This document shows positions 27,860-37,874 of a stretch of DNA of 64,000 bases, one piece after another. The notes under the pieces were generated by a model, which was not told the origin of the DNA, did no database searches, and saw only the letters and a program-made list of their open reading frames with translations. The stretch is taken from assembly GCA_027486795.1 (NCBI GenBank), contig JAIXOI010000009.1:22147-86146 (forward strand), read 5' to 3'. The position numbers and the translations under genes are program-made. The stretch comes from Sphingobacteriales bacterium. GTDB taxonomy: Bacteria > Bacteroidota > Bacteroidia > Chitinophagales > CAIOSU01. Numbering within the stretch: position 1 is the first letter of the stretch; each line of letters begins with the position of its first letter.

Positions 27860-28285
27860 TTACTTTTTTGAAAATATTTCTTCAAGAATTCCAGCAATCA
27901 CAAAAGCACCAGCCACAACACCTAAGCCAATAAATGCATTTTTAACTTGTCTATTATTCTCTATTCTTCTCTTATCTGTTTCTCTTTGCATAATTAGTCT
28001 TTGCTTTTGCATCCTTAAGAGATTCTCTTGCATACGTTTCTGCTCTTCAGCTTCTTTACGTTGCCTTTCAATTTCTTCTTGGTATGCGTTTAGTTCATTG
28101 TCATATGCCGCTCTTTTGGCATAGTCTGACAATGTTTCATACATACTACCTCGCTCCTTAAAAAGGTCTTCTTTCTTTGGATATTTGTCTGGATGATTTT
28201 CTTTCCAAAATTGTCGCATCAATTTTTTAATTTCATCGCAGCTAGCGGTTCGTGAAATGTTTAGGATTTGGTAGTAGTTATTCAT
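27860..28285 (-). CDS. J-domain (DnaJ-like) protein with coiled coil and C-terminal TM helix
   Basis: J domain with HPD (KENHPDKY), a charged coiled coil, and the C-terminal hydrophobic segment AFIGLGVVAGAFVIAGIL. Confidence 0.8.
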   Translation of the reverse strand: MNNYYQILNISRTASCDEIKKLMRQFWKENHPDKYPKKEDLFKERGSMYETLSDYAKRAAYDNELNAYQEEIERQRKEAEEQKRMQENLLRMQKQRLIMQRETDKRRIENNRQVKNAFIGLGVVAGAFVIAGILEEIFSKK

Positions 28286-28421
28286 CTTCTTGATTTACAA
28301 GTTATTCAATACTGGACCAAAAACACATTCTATGCCAAATCATGCAGGCTGCCAAAATGGCACAACATCCTGTATATTCTATAGTTAAAGGTAATAGCTC
28401 TTATGCAAGCAATTTGTTCTT

Positions 28422-28462
28422 AAAAAAAAAAAAAAAAACGCGGAGTCTCTCAACCCCGCGTT
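28422..28462 (-). terminator. intrinsic terminator after nrdA with a 17-nt T tract
   Basis: The minus strand reads AACGCGG...CCGCGTT followed by T17 (A17 on the plus strand, 28422-28438). Confidence 0.8.
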
Positions 28463-28484
28463 AATCGTCATTAACTATCTCTTT

Positions 28485-28526
28485 CAACTCGCAACCCGCA
28501 ACCCGCAACCCGCAACTCAACTCCCG
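28485..28526. repeat. heptamer array CAACTCG (CAACCCG)x3 CAACTCA ACTCCCG
   Basis: Read directly. The nrdA stop codon (28517-28519) lies inside the fifth unit. Confidence 0.9.
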
Positions 28527-30988
28527 CACGCCTCGCAAGCATCCGGGTTATCCAGGCTGCAAGAGATTTGTTCTTCGGGGGTGTAGTATTTAGGGGCTGG
28601 TTCGTTTACCAAAAAGGTTTCGCTTACTGGCGTGGCGTTACTGGTCTTGTCCAGTATGGTGTTCTGGGCTACAGTCATGGTATTTACCACGGTGGCGGTT
28701 GGCGCAACGGCTTTTTTGGCCTCGTTGCTAACGGTAAATTTAATTGGGTCGGCAGCGGCCTTGGTGCGCAGGTAGTACATGCCCGTTTTCAGGCCTTTTT
28801 CCCAAGCGTAAAAGTGCATGCTGCTGAGCTTGCCGAAGTTCGGGCTCTCTACAAACAGGTTCATGCTCTGGCTCTGGCAAATAAATGCGCCACGGTCGGC
28901 AGCCATATCAATAATGGTTTTCTGCTTAATTTCCCAAACGGTTTTGTATAGCTCCTTAATGTCGGCCGGTATGGCGTCAATGTTCTGCACACTGCCGTTG
29001 TTGCGTATCAGTTCATTCTTCAGTCCGTCGTTCCAAATGCCCAATTGTATCAGGTCTTTCAATAGGTGCTTGTTCACCACTGCAAAGTCGCCACTAAGGG
29101 TACGGCGGCTGTATATGTTGCTGGTGTATGGCTCAAAGCACTCGTTGTTGCCCAATATTTGGCTGGTGCTAGCCGTTGGCATTGGGGCCAAGAGCAAGCT
29201 GTTGCGCACGCCTACTTTTTGTATTTCGGCACGCAGGGCGTTCCAATCCCAACGGTCGCTAGGCTCTACGCCCCACATATCGAACTGGAAGATGCCTTGG
29301 CTGATAGGCGAACCCGGGTAGCTTTGGTAGTGGCCATCTTTGGCAGCCAAATCTTTACTGGCATTGAGGGCAGCAAAGTAAATGGTCTCAAAAATGTTCT
29401 TGTTCAATATCTGTGCCTCGTTGCTCTCAAAGGGCAAGCGCAATAGGATAAAGGCATCGGCCAGGCCCTGCACGCCTATACCGATAGGGCGGTGGCGGAA
29501 GTTGCTGTTGCGTGCCTCAGGCACTGGGTAAAAGTTTACGTCAATTACCTGGTTCAGGTTTTTGGTAACCTTATAGGTAATGTCGTATAGTTTCTGGAAA
29601 TCGAAGCTTTGGTCGGCCTCGTTCACAAACTTGTTCAGCGCTATCGAAGCTAGGTTACAAACCGCCACTTCGTCTTTGCTGGTAAACTCCATGATCTCGG
29701 TGCACAAGTTGCTGCTGCGTATGGTGCCGAGGTTCTTTTGGTTCGATTTTTCGTTGGCGGCATCTTTGTACAAAATGTACGGCGTACCAGTTTCAATTTG
29801 GCTCTCTAAAATGGCAAACCAAAGCTCTTGCGCACGTATCTGCTTGCGGAATTTGCCTGCCGCTTCGTAGCCTTCATATAGCGCCTCAAACTTAGCACCG
29901 TAGGCATCAAATAGGCCTGGGCACTCGTTAGGGCACATGAGGCTCCATACACCGTTTTCCTTTACGCGCTTCATAAACAAATCGGGAATCCATAGGGCGT
30001 AGAACAAGTCGCGGGCGCGGGCTTCTTCTTTACCATGGTTCTTTTTCAGTTCCAAGAAGTCGTTGATATCGGAGTGCCACGGCTCAATATAGATAGCGAA
30101 AGAGCCTTTGCGGCGGCCACCACCTTGGTCAACGTAACGGGCGGTGTCGTTAAACACGCGCAACATAGGCACAATGCCGTTGCTCTGGCCATTAGTGCCT
30201 TTAATGTAGCTACCCGTGGCGCGAATGTTGTGTATGCTCAAGCCAATGCCACCGGCACTTTGGCTTATTTCGGCACATTGGCGCAGGGTATCAAATATGC
30301 CCGGTATGCTATCCTCTTGCATGCTCAAAAGGAAACAGCTGCTCAATTGTGGCTTCGGTGTACCCGCATTAAAAAGGGTAGGGGTAGCGTGCGTAAACCA
30401 CTTCTCGGCCATAAGGTTGTAGGTCTCAATGGCTTCGGCAATGTCGTTTTTGTGTATGCCCACGGCCACGCGCATCAACATTTGTTGTGGGCGCTCGGCT
30501 ATACTGCCATTGGTTTTAAGCAAGTAGGCGCGCTCTAGGGTCTTGAAACCGAAGTAGTCGTATTGGTAGTCGCGATCGTAAATGATGGCACCATCTAGCT
30601 CGTCCGCGTTCTCGCGGATGATTTGGTACACGTCCTCGGCAATCAACGAAGCATGTTCGCCCGTTTTCGGGTCGGTATAGTTATAGAGGTCTTCAATGGT
30701 TTCACTGAAGTTCTTTTTGGTGTTTTTGTGTAGGTTGCTCACCGCAATACGTGCCGCTAGTATGGCATAATCGGGGTGGCGGCTAGTCATACTAGCAGCG
30801 GTTTCTGCAGCCAAGTTGTCCAGTTCGGTAGTGGTAATATCGTTGTAAATACCCTGAATCACCACTTTGGCAATCTCCACGGCATCCACATGGTGTTGGT
30901 TAAGGCCGTAGCTCAGTTTGTTAATACGTGCTGTTATCTTGTCGAAGTAAACAGGCTCTTTTTTTCCGCTTCTTTTAATTACGAACAT
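28517..30988 (-). CDS. nrdA: ribonucleoside-diphosphate reductase, class Ia alpha subunit
   Basis: ATP-cone N-terminus, active-site SNLCTEI and C-terminal CEACGS tail, 823 aa. Confidence 0.97.
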   Translation of the reverse strand: MFVIKRSGKKEPVYFDKITARINKLSYGLNQHHVDAVEIAKVVIQGIYNDITTTELDNLAAETAASMTSRHPDYAILAARIAVSNLHKNTKKNFSETIEDLYNYTDPKTGEHASLIAEDVYQIIRENADELDGAIIYDRDYQYDYFGFKTLERAYLLKTNGSIAERPQQMLMRVAVGIHKNDIAEAIETYNLMAEKWFTHATPTLFNAGTPKPQLSSCFLLSMQEDSIPGIFDTLRQCAEISQSAGGIGLSIHNIRATGSYIKGTNGQSNGIVPMLRVFNDTARYVDQGGGRRKGSFAIYIEPWHSDINDFLELKKNHGKEEARARDLFYALWIPDLFMKRVKENGVWSLMCPNECPGLFDAYGAKFEALYEGYEAAGKFRKQIRAQELWFAILESQIETGTPYILYKDAANEKSNQKNLGTIRSSNLCTEIMEFTSKDEVAVCNLASIALNKFVNEADQSFDFQKLYDITYKVTKNLNQVIDVNFYPVPEARNSNFRHRPIGIGVQGLADAFILLRLPFESNEAQILNKNIFETIYFAALNASKDLAAKDGHYQSYPGSPISQGIFQFDMWGVEPSDRWDWNALRAEIQKVGVRNSLLLAPMPTASTSQILGNNECFEPYTSNIYSRRTLSGDFAVVNKHLLKDLIQLGIWNDGLKNELIRNNGSVQNIDAIPADIKELYKTVWEIKQKTIIDMAADRGAFICQSQSMNLFVESPNFGKLSSMHFYAWEKGLKTGMYYLRTKAAADPIKFTVSNEAKKAVAPTATVVNTMTVAQNTILDKTSNATPVSETFLVNEPAPKYYTPEEQISCSLDNPDACEACGS

Positions 30989-31119
30989 GGGCGTCGGTGG
31001 GGTTCTTAGTTGCGAGTATTTAATGTACCAATGTGCTGATGTACCAATATACCGATGGAGGAGTCAACCTATTGAACGCTATTTACTCTTTATGTTTTTA
31101 ATGCTATTTATTTTTCAAT

Positions 31120-31147
31120 CGTACTTCGTACATCGTACATCGTACAT
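31120..31147. repeat. heptamer array CGTACTT (CGTACAT)x3
   Basis: Read directly. It ends 3 nt before the nrdB stop codon (31151-31153). Confidence 0.9.
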
Positions 31148-31150
31148 TTT

Positions 31151-32122
31151 TTAAAAGTCTTCATCCAAGCTAAATACTTGGCTATCCTTCTCGGCCATTA
31201 CGCCCGATTTCTGGTATTCGCCCACGCGCTTCTCAAAGAAGTTGGTTTTGCCTTGCAGGCTAATCATCTCCATCCAAGGGAACGGGTTGGTGGCATTGTA
31301 AAATTTGTTGCAGCCCAACGATTGCAGTAAGCGGTCGGCTACAAACTCAATATACTGGCCCATCAATTCGGCGTTCATGCCAATTAACGACACCGGTAGT
31401 GCGTCGGTAACAAACTCTTTCTCGAACATTACCGCATCGGTAATGATGCTGGTAACTTCTTCGTTGCTGGGGCGGTTTTGCATCATACCAAACAATAGGC
31501 AGGCAAAATCGCAATGCAAGCCTTCGTCGCGGCTTATCAACTCGTTGCTGAAACAAAGGCCCGGCATTAAGCCACGCTTCTTCAGCCAAAACACCGAGCA
31601 AAAGCTACCCGAGAAGAAAATACCCTCAACGGCCGCAAATGCCACCAAGCGGTGTGCAAACGATGGCGCCTCGTCAATCCACTTCATTGCCCAATCGGCC
31701 TTCTTTTTCACACAAGGCAAAGTTTGGAGAGCATTGAACATCTTATCCTTCTCTACCGGATTTTTAATGTAGGTATCAATCAACAAGCTGTAAGTCTCAG
31801 CGTGTATGTTCTCAATCGCAATCTGGAAACCGTAGAAACAACGTGCCTCTGGTATTTGCACGTCTTTCATAAAGTTTAGCACCAGGTTCTCGTTCACAAT
31901 CCCATCGCTGGCGGCAAAAAAGGCCAACACGTGCGAAATAAAGTGCCGCTCGTTGTTATTCAGTTTGTCCCAATCAATCAAATCGTGGCTCAGGTCAATT
32001 TCCTCGGTAGTCCAAAAGCTAGCTTCTGCCTGTTTATACATCTTCCATATCTCGTCATACTTGATAGGGAATAACACAAAACGGCTTTCGTTCGGTTCGA
32101 GGATAACGTCAACTTTGCTCAT
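31151..32122 (-). CDS. nrdB: ribonucleoside-diphosphate reductase, class Ia beta subunit
   Basis: Di-iron ligand motifs ([17 protein letters not shown]) and the acidic C-terminal tail LDEDF. Confidence 0.97.
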   Translation of the reverse strand: MSKVDVILEPNESRFVLFPIKYDEIWKMYKQAEASFWTTEEIDLSHDLIDWDKLNNNERHFISHVLAFFAASDGIVNENLVLNFMKDVQIPEARCFYGFQIAIENIHAETYSLLIDTYIKNPVEKDKMFNALQTLPCVKKKADWAMKWIDEAPSFAHRLVAFAAVEGIFFSGSFCSVFWLKKRGLMPGLCFSNELISRDEGLHCDFACLLFGMMQNRPSNEEVTSIITDAVMFEKEFVTDALPVSLIGMNAELMGQYIEFVADRLLQSLGCNKFYNATNPFPWMEMISLQGKTNFFEKRVGEYQKSGVMAEKDSQVFSLDEDF

Positions 32123-32266
32123 GGTATGCTAATATTCAATGGGTAATAAAAATCAATTTCGAGCACCTAACCCTACCAACCGGAGACAGTAATAGCCCCC
32201 TGCCGGTTCTGTTCAAAAAAAATTGAACCGGTCAGTTATGGCACAAGGCCATCAGTTGATATGGTT

Positions 32267-32290
32267 AAAAAAACCGGGTAGACTTCCCGG
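32267..32290 (-). terminator. terminator-like hairpin in the sense orientation about 145 nt upstream of the nrdB start
   Basis: The minus strand reads CCGGG-AAGTCTA-CCCGG followed by T7. Confidence 0.5.
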
Positions 32291-32662
32291 CTCGGTAACT
32301 GTTAATACAATATTAAGGAATGAAAAATGGTGGTTGAAAAATCTTTTTCAACACCCCTGCTGGATAAGAATTAAAAGCCTTATTTCACAAGGCTTAGGGC
32401 TGTGGAAATCTCTTTTTTTGGAAAATAAATTTGGTGCTTTCAATTCACTTACCATGGGCTCAAAGATACTATTTATGCGGTATAGCGCATATTTTGCCCG
32501 AACAATTTTACGTACAGGTGTTAGGTAAACCTTTCGGTTGTTGTGTAAACATTCTGTTGACCTAAAATGACGTTATACACAACTTAACGTGGTAGAAAAA
32601 AGTAGTTGTTTTTTGAACTAAAAACGGAAACGGTTTGTGCTCAACTATAGGCAGTAAAAATA

Positions 32663-33094
32663 TTAATGTGTGTGTGGCACTTTACACGTTTTGCAAACCG
32701 AGTTTGCATACTTATGGTTGAAGTATAAACCAAAAGCCACCATTACGGCACCCAAAATAATAACTGGGGTCTCGAACCAATGGCCATGGAAAAAATGGGC
32801 AATAAACAGAAAACTAAAACCCGAGATAACCACCAACAGCACGGGTAGGTTATGGTGGTGGTTGATATAATTATGCAACGTAATGCCGCCGCCAAATAAC
32901 AAGCCGCTGCCTAAAAGTATATACTCAAGCCAGGGGTTAGTCTCGAAATAACTACCCAGAAACGGCAGCGAAACGGCCAAAAACGGCGTAGCCAAACAAT
33001 GGATGGCACACAGCATGCTCAATGCAATGCCCAAACGGTTGGTAATGCGGTGGTATGGTCTTAAGTTTTCAGTCTGGTGTAAATGGTCGTTCAT
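32663..33094 (-). CDS. MerC-domain-like membrane protein
   Basis: Four hydrophobic helices, CAIHC in helix 1 and a C-terminal CKTCKVPHTH. I prefer the internal Met at 33094. Confidence 0.55.
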   Translation of the reverse strand: MNDHLHQTENLRPYHRITNRLGIALSMLCAIHCLATPFLAVSLPFLGSYFETNPWLEYILLGSGLLFGGGITLHNYINHHHNLPVLLVVISGFSFLFIAHFFHGHWFETPVIILGAVMVAFGLYFNHKYANSVCKTCKVPHTH

Positions 33095-33280
33095 AATTGC
33101 TACAAAGTTGCAGTTTTCTAGTTTATAATGCAACAAGGTTGCAAATAATTCCATGTTAGCCCAATTTGTTCAAACCGATAGGTAAAATGGATAATTATCA
33201 ACGCCTGTACGCAACTATTTTAGGTGGTTTTTGCTCTATAACTAGATATTTTTTGCGGTATTGCGTAACTTAGCTAAGTA

Positions 33281-34942
33281 GTGAGACGGTTTCCTTTATT
33301 CATCATATTAGTGTTGGTTTACACCAATCTGTTTGCTCAGTTATCTGTGAGCAACAGGGGAGGACTTATATCTATCAAGCAAGGCGGCTTTATCTCCGTT
33401 CATGGCGATTACGAAAGTACCCTAAACGGCTTGGTTGATAATACCGATAGTATCTTCCTTTATGGCGATTGGATAAACAATGCCGGCAACACGGGCTTTA
33501 ACCCAAATGCCGGCGGCACCGTAATACTGAACGATGATGCGCAACGCATCACTGGTTCCGATGTTACCCATTTCGGACGCTTAGACCTTAGAGGCACCGA
33601 TGTGAAGTATGGCGACCTAGATGTAGTGGTTGACGAGGAGTTGTTGTTGAATGACCATGAGTTTAGCCTCGATACTAATACTGTTACCGTAACCAACCCT
33701 GCGCTTACTGCCGTTACCAATATTGGCGATGGGTATGTAAGTAGCCTGAATAATGGCGGCCTTGCGCGTAACACCAATAGTGTGGGTGAATATTGGTTTC
33801 CGGTAGGTTCTAATGTAGGTACTTTCCGTTATCGGCCGGTTATGATTACGCCATCATTAGCAAGTGGTTGGGTATATAAGGTGCGCATGGCCAATGTGGA
33901 CCCTACTCTTGAAGGCTTTGATACTGAAGTGCGCCAACCTACTATCTGTGTAGTTAACGAGAACTATTACCATCGTATATTTAGCAACGGTACTGGCAGC
34001 GGCAACCCTGCATCGTTGCGATTTTATTATGACAATGTAGCCGACGGGCCGTTTGAGAATGTCCTTCATTGGCAAAATTTACCTCAGTGGGAAGATGTAG
34101 GCACTGTAAGCAATACCATCGGTTCGCCATTCAGTACCTTGGAAGCAGCTAATTGGGCCGATTTTAGTACGCCAGCCTTCGCCTTGGGCAATGTAAGCAA
34201 GCCGTTTGAAGTATTGGGTTTGGATGAATTTTGCTTAGGCGATACTATTACCTTTACCATTTTAGAAAGTTTTAATGGTTACCAGTTTTACAACGGCAAC
34301 CAGTTATTGCAGGATAGTATCCTAAACACCTACACCATTAACAACTTGGTTTCGGGAGATTCCATTTGGGCTATTGGCATTGATTCTACTTGTATAGCAT
34401 ATGGCAGTGGTCCAGTGCTCACGGCCTTCCCAGTGCCGGTACCTGATGCTGGCCGCGACACTACAGTTTATTTTGGTGCCGATGTAACTTTGTTGGGTAA
34501 CGGTGGGTTGGATTATGAGTGGTACCCCGATTCGGTAGTGGCTTGCGTATACTGCCAAAACACACTGGCCAATGTATTTGAGGATACCGAATTCTTCCTT
34601 ACTGTTGGCAACGAATACGGTTGTAAGGCGGTTGACACGGTTTGGATATATACCAGTGCCGAAATTGATCCACGTGAGGTATTGAACATACCTAACGCCA
34701 TTACCCCCAATGGCGATGGCGTAAACGATAGCTGGAACATCCGGAACTTGAGCTTATACCCCGACAACGAAATTATTATCCTCAATCGTTGGGGTAGCGA
34801 GATGTATCGTCAAGGACCTTATACCCGTAATTGGAACGGCACCTACAATGGCACCGATTCACCAGCGGGCACGTATTATTACCTCATCAAGCTCAATAAT
34901 ATTGGCGAAGTGCTTACTGGCCCGCTTACTGTTATACGCTAG
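33281..34942 (+). CDS. secreted protein with T9SS type-B (gliding-motility-associated, CHU_C) C-terminal sorting domain
   Basis: Signal peptide. C-terminal PNAITPNGDGVNDSWNI ... LNRWGSEMY ... PAGTYYY. Confidence 0.85.
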   Translation: MRRFPLFIILVLVYTNLFAQLSVSNRGGLISIKQGGFISVHGDYESTLNGLVDNTDSIFLYGDWINNAGNTGFNPNAGGTVILNDDAQRITGSDVTHFGRLDLRGTDVKYGDLDVVVDEELLLNDHEFSLDTNTVTVTNPALTAVTNIGDGYVSSLNNGGLARNTNSVGEYWFPVGSNVGTFRYRPVMITPSLASGWVYKVRMANVDPTLEGFDTEVRQPTICVVNENYYHRIFSNGTGSGNPASLRFYYDNVADGPFENVLHWQNLPQWEDVGTVSNTIGSPFSTLEAANWADFSTPAFALGNVSKPFEVLGLDEFCLGDTITFTILESFNGYQFYNGNQLLQDSILNTYTINNLVSGDSIWAIGIDSTCIAYGSGPVLTAFPVPVPDAGRDTTVYFGADVTLLGNGGLDYEWYPDSVVACVYCQNTLANVFEDTEFFLTVGNEYGCKAVDTVWIYTSAEIDPREVLNIPNAITPNGDGVNDSWNIRNLSLYPDNEIIILNRWGSEMYRQGPYTRNWNGTYNGTDSPAGTYYYLIKLNNIGEVLTGPLTVIR

Positions 34943-35010
34943 TGGCTACTACATCTTAATAGTTTTACTATTTTTATCCTTATAACATCTTAACCGCTGC
35001 CTGCATTGGT

Positions 35011-36138
35011 ATGAATATACCTTACAATAAACCATATATTTCTGGTAACGAACTGGCTTACATTGAGGCAGCTATTAAGGAGGGCACCATATCTGGCGAT
35101 GGCAGCTTTACACACAAGTGCCAGCAGTTACTGCAACAGCGCTATGGCTTTAAGAAATGTTTACTGACCACCAGCTGCACCGATGCCTTGGAGCTTGCGG
35201 CCCTTTTGTTGGATGTTGGCCCTGGCGATGAGGTTATTGTTCCGTCATATACATTTGTTTCTAGTGCCAATGCTTTTATACTTCGCGGAGCAACCGTACT
35301 TTTTGCCGACTCATCGGCCGAAAGCCCCAATATTGACCCAGAGAGCATTCGCAGCCTCATTACTCCCAATACCAAAATAATAGTGGTGGTGCATTATGCG
35401 GGCATACCCTGCGACATGGATGCCATTAACGCCATTGCCCAAGAATATGGCATTTATGTGGTAGAGGATGCTGCTCACGCTTTGGATGCCTTTTACAAAG
35501 GCACACCTGCCGGGGCGTTGGGCACTATGGCAGCTTTCTCGTTTCATGCTACTAAAAATGTGATTGCCGGCGAAGGTGGTATGCTGGTAATAAACGATGA
35601 GCAGTTTGCGGCTAGGGCAGAGGTGCTTCGCGAGAAGGGAACTAATCGTGCAGCTTTTTTAAGGGGCGAAATAGATAAATATGAGTGGGTTGATACAGGT
35701 TCTTCTTTTTCGCCATCGGAGCTAAATGCGGCTTTTCTGTTTGCGCAGCTTGAACAACTAGATACCATTCAAAAACGTAGGTTGCACCTTTGGAACCGAT
35801 ATTACGCGGGCCTTCGTATGCTTGAATTGGGCAAGCAAGCGCAACTGCCCCTGGTGCACGATTATGAGACACACAGTGCGCATGTGTTTTACCTGGTTTG
35901 TGCCAATGCCGATGAGCGTATCGCCTTGATTGACCATCTAAAGAGCAACGGCATACAAGCCGTTTTCCATTATCTATCGTTGCATCAAAGCCCGTATTAT
36001 TTGCAGCAGCATGTACCCGCCAAATTGCCCTTTGCCCAGCATTATGCATATTGCCTAGTTAGGCTGCCACTCTACTTTGAACTTACCGATGAGCAGGTAG
36101 ACTGCGTTGTTGGCAAGGTGTTGGAGTTTTATGCTTGA
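35011..36138 (+). CDS. wecE: dTDP-4-amino-4,6-dideoxygalactose transaminase (DegT/DnrJ/EryC1 family)
   Basis: Close resemblance to E. coli WecE as I recall it through the N-terminal half (GDGSFT..CQQ, SCTDALELAALLLDVGPGDEVI.PSYTFVS.ANAF.LRGA). Confidence 0.8.
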   Translation: MNIPYNKPYISGNELAYIEAAIKEGTISGDGSFTHKCQQLLQQRYGFKKCLLTTSCTDALELAALLLDVGPGDEVIVPSYTFVSSANAFILRGATVLFADSSAESPNIDPESIRSLITPNTKIIVVVHYAGIPCDMDAINAIAQEYGIYVVEDAAHALDAFYKGTPAGALGTMAAFSFHATKNVIAGEGGMLVINDEQFAARAEVLREKGTNRAAFLRGEIDKYEWVDTGSSFSPSELNAAFLFAQLEQLDTIQKRRLHLWNRYYAGLRMLELGKQAQLPLVHDYETHSAHVFYLVCANADERIALIDHLKSNGIQAVFHYLSLHQSPYYLQQHVPAKLPFAQHYAYCLVRLPLYFELTDEQVDCVVGKVLEFYA

Positions 36139-36220
36139 AAAAGATTTTTTTACCAAGTCTAATTCGCGCTGAGGCTGAAATAGTGAACGAATACTATTTA
36201 GATGATGGGCTCAAGCCGTT

Positions 36221-37624
36221 TTACAGCAACTCATATACATGCTCATATTGAGCCACGGTGATATTTTTAAAGCCTGCATCGGCTAAGTGATTGGTCCAGG
36301 TGGGCATTACATCTGGATCGCCATGAACCAAGAACATCCTTTTTACTAAATCGGGGTTTTGGCAGGTCAAAAACTGTAACATCTCTTTATAATCACCATG
36401 GGCACTGAATGGGTCTATTACTACCACATCGGCATTTACATCATAGTAGTCGCCGTATATGCTCACGCTTTTTTCGCCATTTCGCAAGCGACCCGCTAGG
36501 CTGCTTGGTGTAGCCCAGCCTACTATTAATATGGTATTGCGGGGGTCCTCAATATGGTTTTTAAGGTGGTGTTTTATGCGGCCTGCCTCAGCCATGCCCG
36601 ATGCCGATATAATGATGGCCGGGCCTTTTAAGGTGTTTAATTGTATAGACTCCTGAACACTTTGTGTATAATGCAGTTTATTGAATCCGAATGGCGATGG
36701 GTCGTTTTCCATGTATTCGGTCAGTTCCTCGTTGAAGCATTCGGGGTGATTATGCATTATTTCGGTGGCATCTACAGCTAGTGGGCTATCTACATACACG
36801 GGTATTGAGGGTAGTTGATGCTCAAACGCAAGGTTGTTAAGCACATTCACAATCTCTTGAGTTCGCCCAACGCTAAAGGCCGGAATGATAATTTTACCCT
36901 TTTTAGCTACGCAAGTTTCTTCCACAACTCGTCGTAGTTGTTCTTCTACATCGCCAAATTTATCATGCAACCTATCACCGTACGTCGATTCGCAAAGTAT
37001 ATAATCTGCTTGCGGAAACGGTTGCGGATCTTTTAAAATGCGGTTGCCGTATTTGCCAATATCGCCAGTAAAGGTCAATCGTGTAGTTTTGTCACCTTCA
37101 TTTATCTTTAGGTTTACAATGGCGCTACCTATTATATGCCCTGCATCGGTAAAGGTTAGTTCTACACCCTCCATTATTTCAGCAGGCTCATTGTAATTTA
37201 TGGTGTTAAACTGTTTCAAGCACCGTTGCGCATCTTGGCTATCGTATAGTGGCTTTATAAGTTTCTTACCCTTAGCTGCTAACTTTTTGTTTACGTAGGC
37301 CACTTCGCTTTCTTGTATGCCAGCACTATCGGCCAGCATAATTTCGCATAGGTCCGCTGTGGCTGGTGTGCAATATATTTGGCCCGAAAAGCCATCTTTT
37401 ACGAGTTTGGGTATCAATCCTGAATGGTCGATATGTGCATGCGAAAGCACTAAAATATCTACTGCCGTTGGTTCAAAGCCCCAATGACGGTTCAACTCTT
37501 CTGTATCTTGCCCTCGCCCTTGAAATAGGCCACAATCCAACAATATGTTTTTGCCATTAGCAAGTGTAAGCAGGTGTTTGCTACCTGTAACCGTGCCCGC
37601 GGCACCATAAAATCCTATTTGCAT
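36221..37624 (-). CDS. MBL-fold beta-CASP family hydrolase (CPSF/RNase J-like RNA-metabolising enzyme)
   Basis: HAHIDHSG, DAGHIIGS, ESTYG, SAHGD and LVHGD motifs in beta-CASP order. Confidence 0.8.
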   Translation of the reverse strand: MQIGFYGAAGTVTGSKHLLTLANGKNILLDCGLFQGRGQDTEELNRHWGFEPTAVDILVLSHAHIDHSGLIPKLVKDGFSGQIYCTPATADLCEIMLADSAGIQESEVAYVNKKLAAKGKKLIKPLYDSQDAQRCLKQFNTINYNEPAEIMEGVELTFTDAGHIIGSAIVNLKINEGDKTTRLTFTGDIGKYGNRILKDPQPFPQADYILCESTYGDRLHDKFGDVEEQLRRVVEETCVAKKGKIIIPAFSVGRTQEIVNVLNNLAFEHQLPSIPVYVDSPLAVDATEIMHNHPECFNEELTEYMENDPSPFGFNKLHYTQSVQESIQLNTLKGPAIIISASGMAEAGRIKHHLKNHIEDPRNTILIVGWATPSSLAGRLRNGEKSVSIYGDYYDVNADVVVIDPFSAHGDYKEMLQFLTCQNPDLVKRMFLVHGDPDVMPTWTNHLADAGFKNITVAQYEHVYELL

Positions 37625-37874
37625 CGTTACTTAAGTTGTAATGTAAATATTGGCAATATCTTTTGCATTAGCTAGCAGAAAAGGTGATAGTGGATGTTTG
37701 GGTGCATGATACAAATCATCCTATTGGAAATGTAAATTTGCCTTTTTTTTCTTCCAAGCAATTTTACATTTCTTAGGTCAATATATAGGCTTAGGACATA
37801 TCTTTATGTTCAAATTGTGAAAGAGTTAATTACATTCCCAATGGTAGCACGCGCATTCCGACACTGCTTGTGCT

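Noticed and set aside
28568-30538. Several 68-167-aa plus-strand ORFs inside nrdA (for example 28568-28951, 28818-29321, 30035-30538).
   Set aside because: They are antisense to a full-length, unmistakable class Ia RNR alpha gene. They are typical shadow ORFs with low-complexity translations.
3361-31147. Whether the short tandem arrays (3361, 9711, 21215, 25433, 27391, 28485, 31120) could be CRISPR arrays.
   Set aside because: The units are 7 nt and directly abutting, with no spacers, no 25-40-nt repeats and no cas genes in the window.
32223-32528. 101-aa plus-strand ORF in the nrdB upstream region.
   Set aside because: It starts at a non-ATG codon, has an odd composition, and spans several hairpins that read as minus-strand terminators. 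I treat the region as non-coding.
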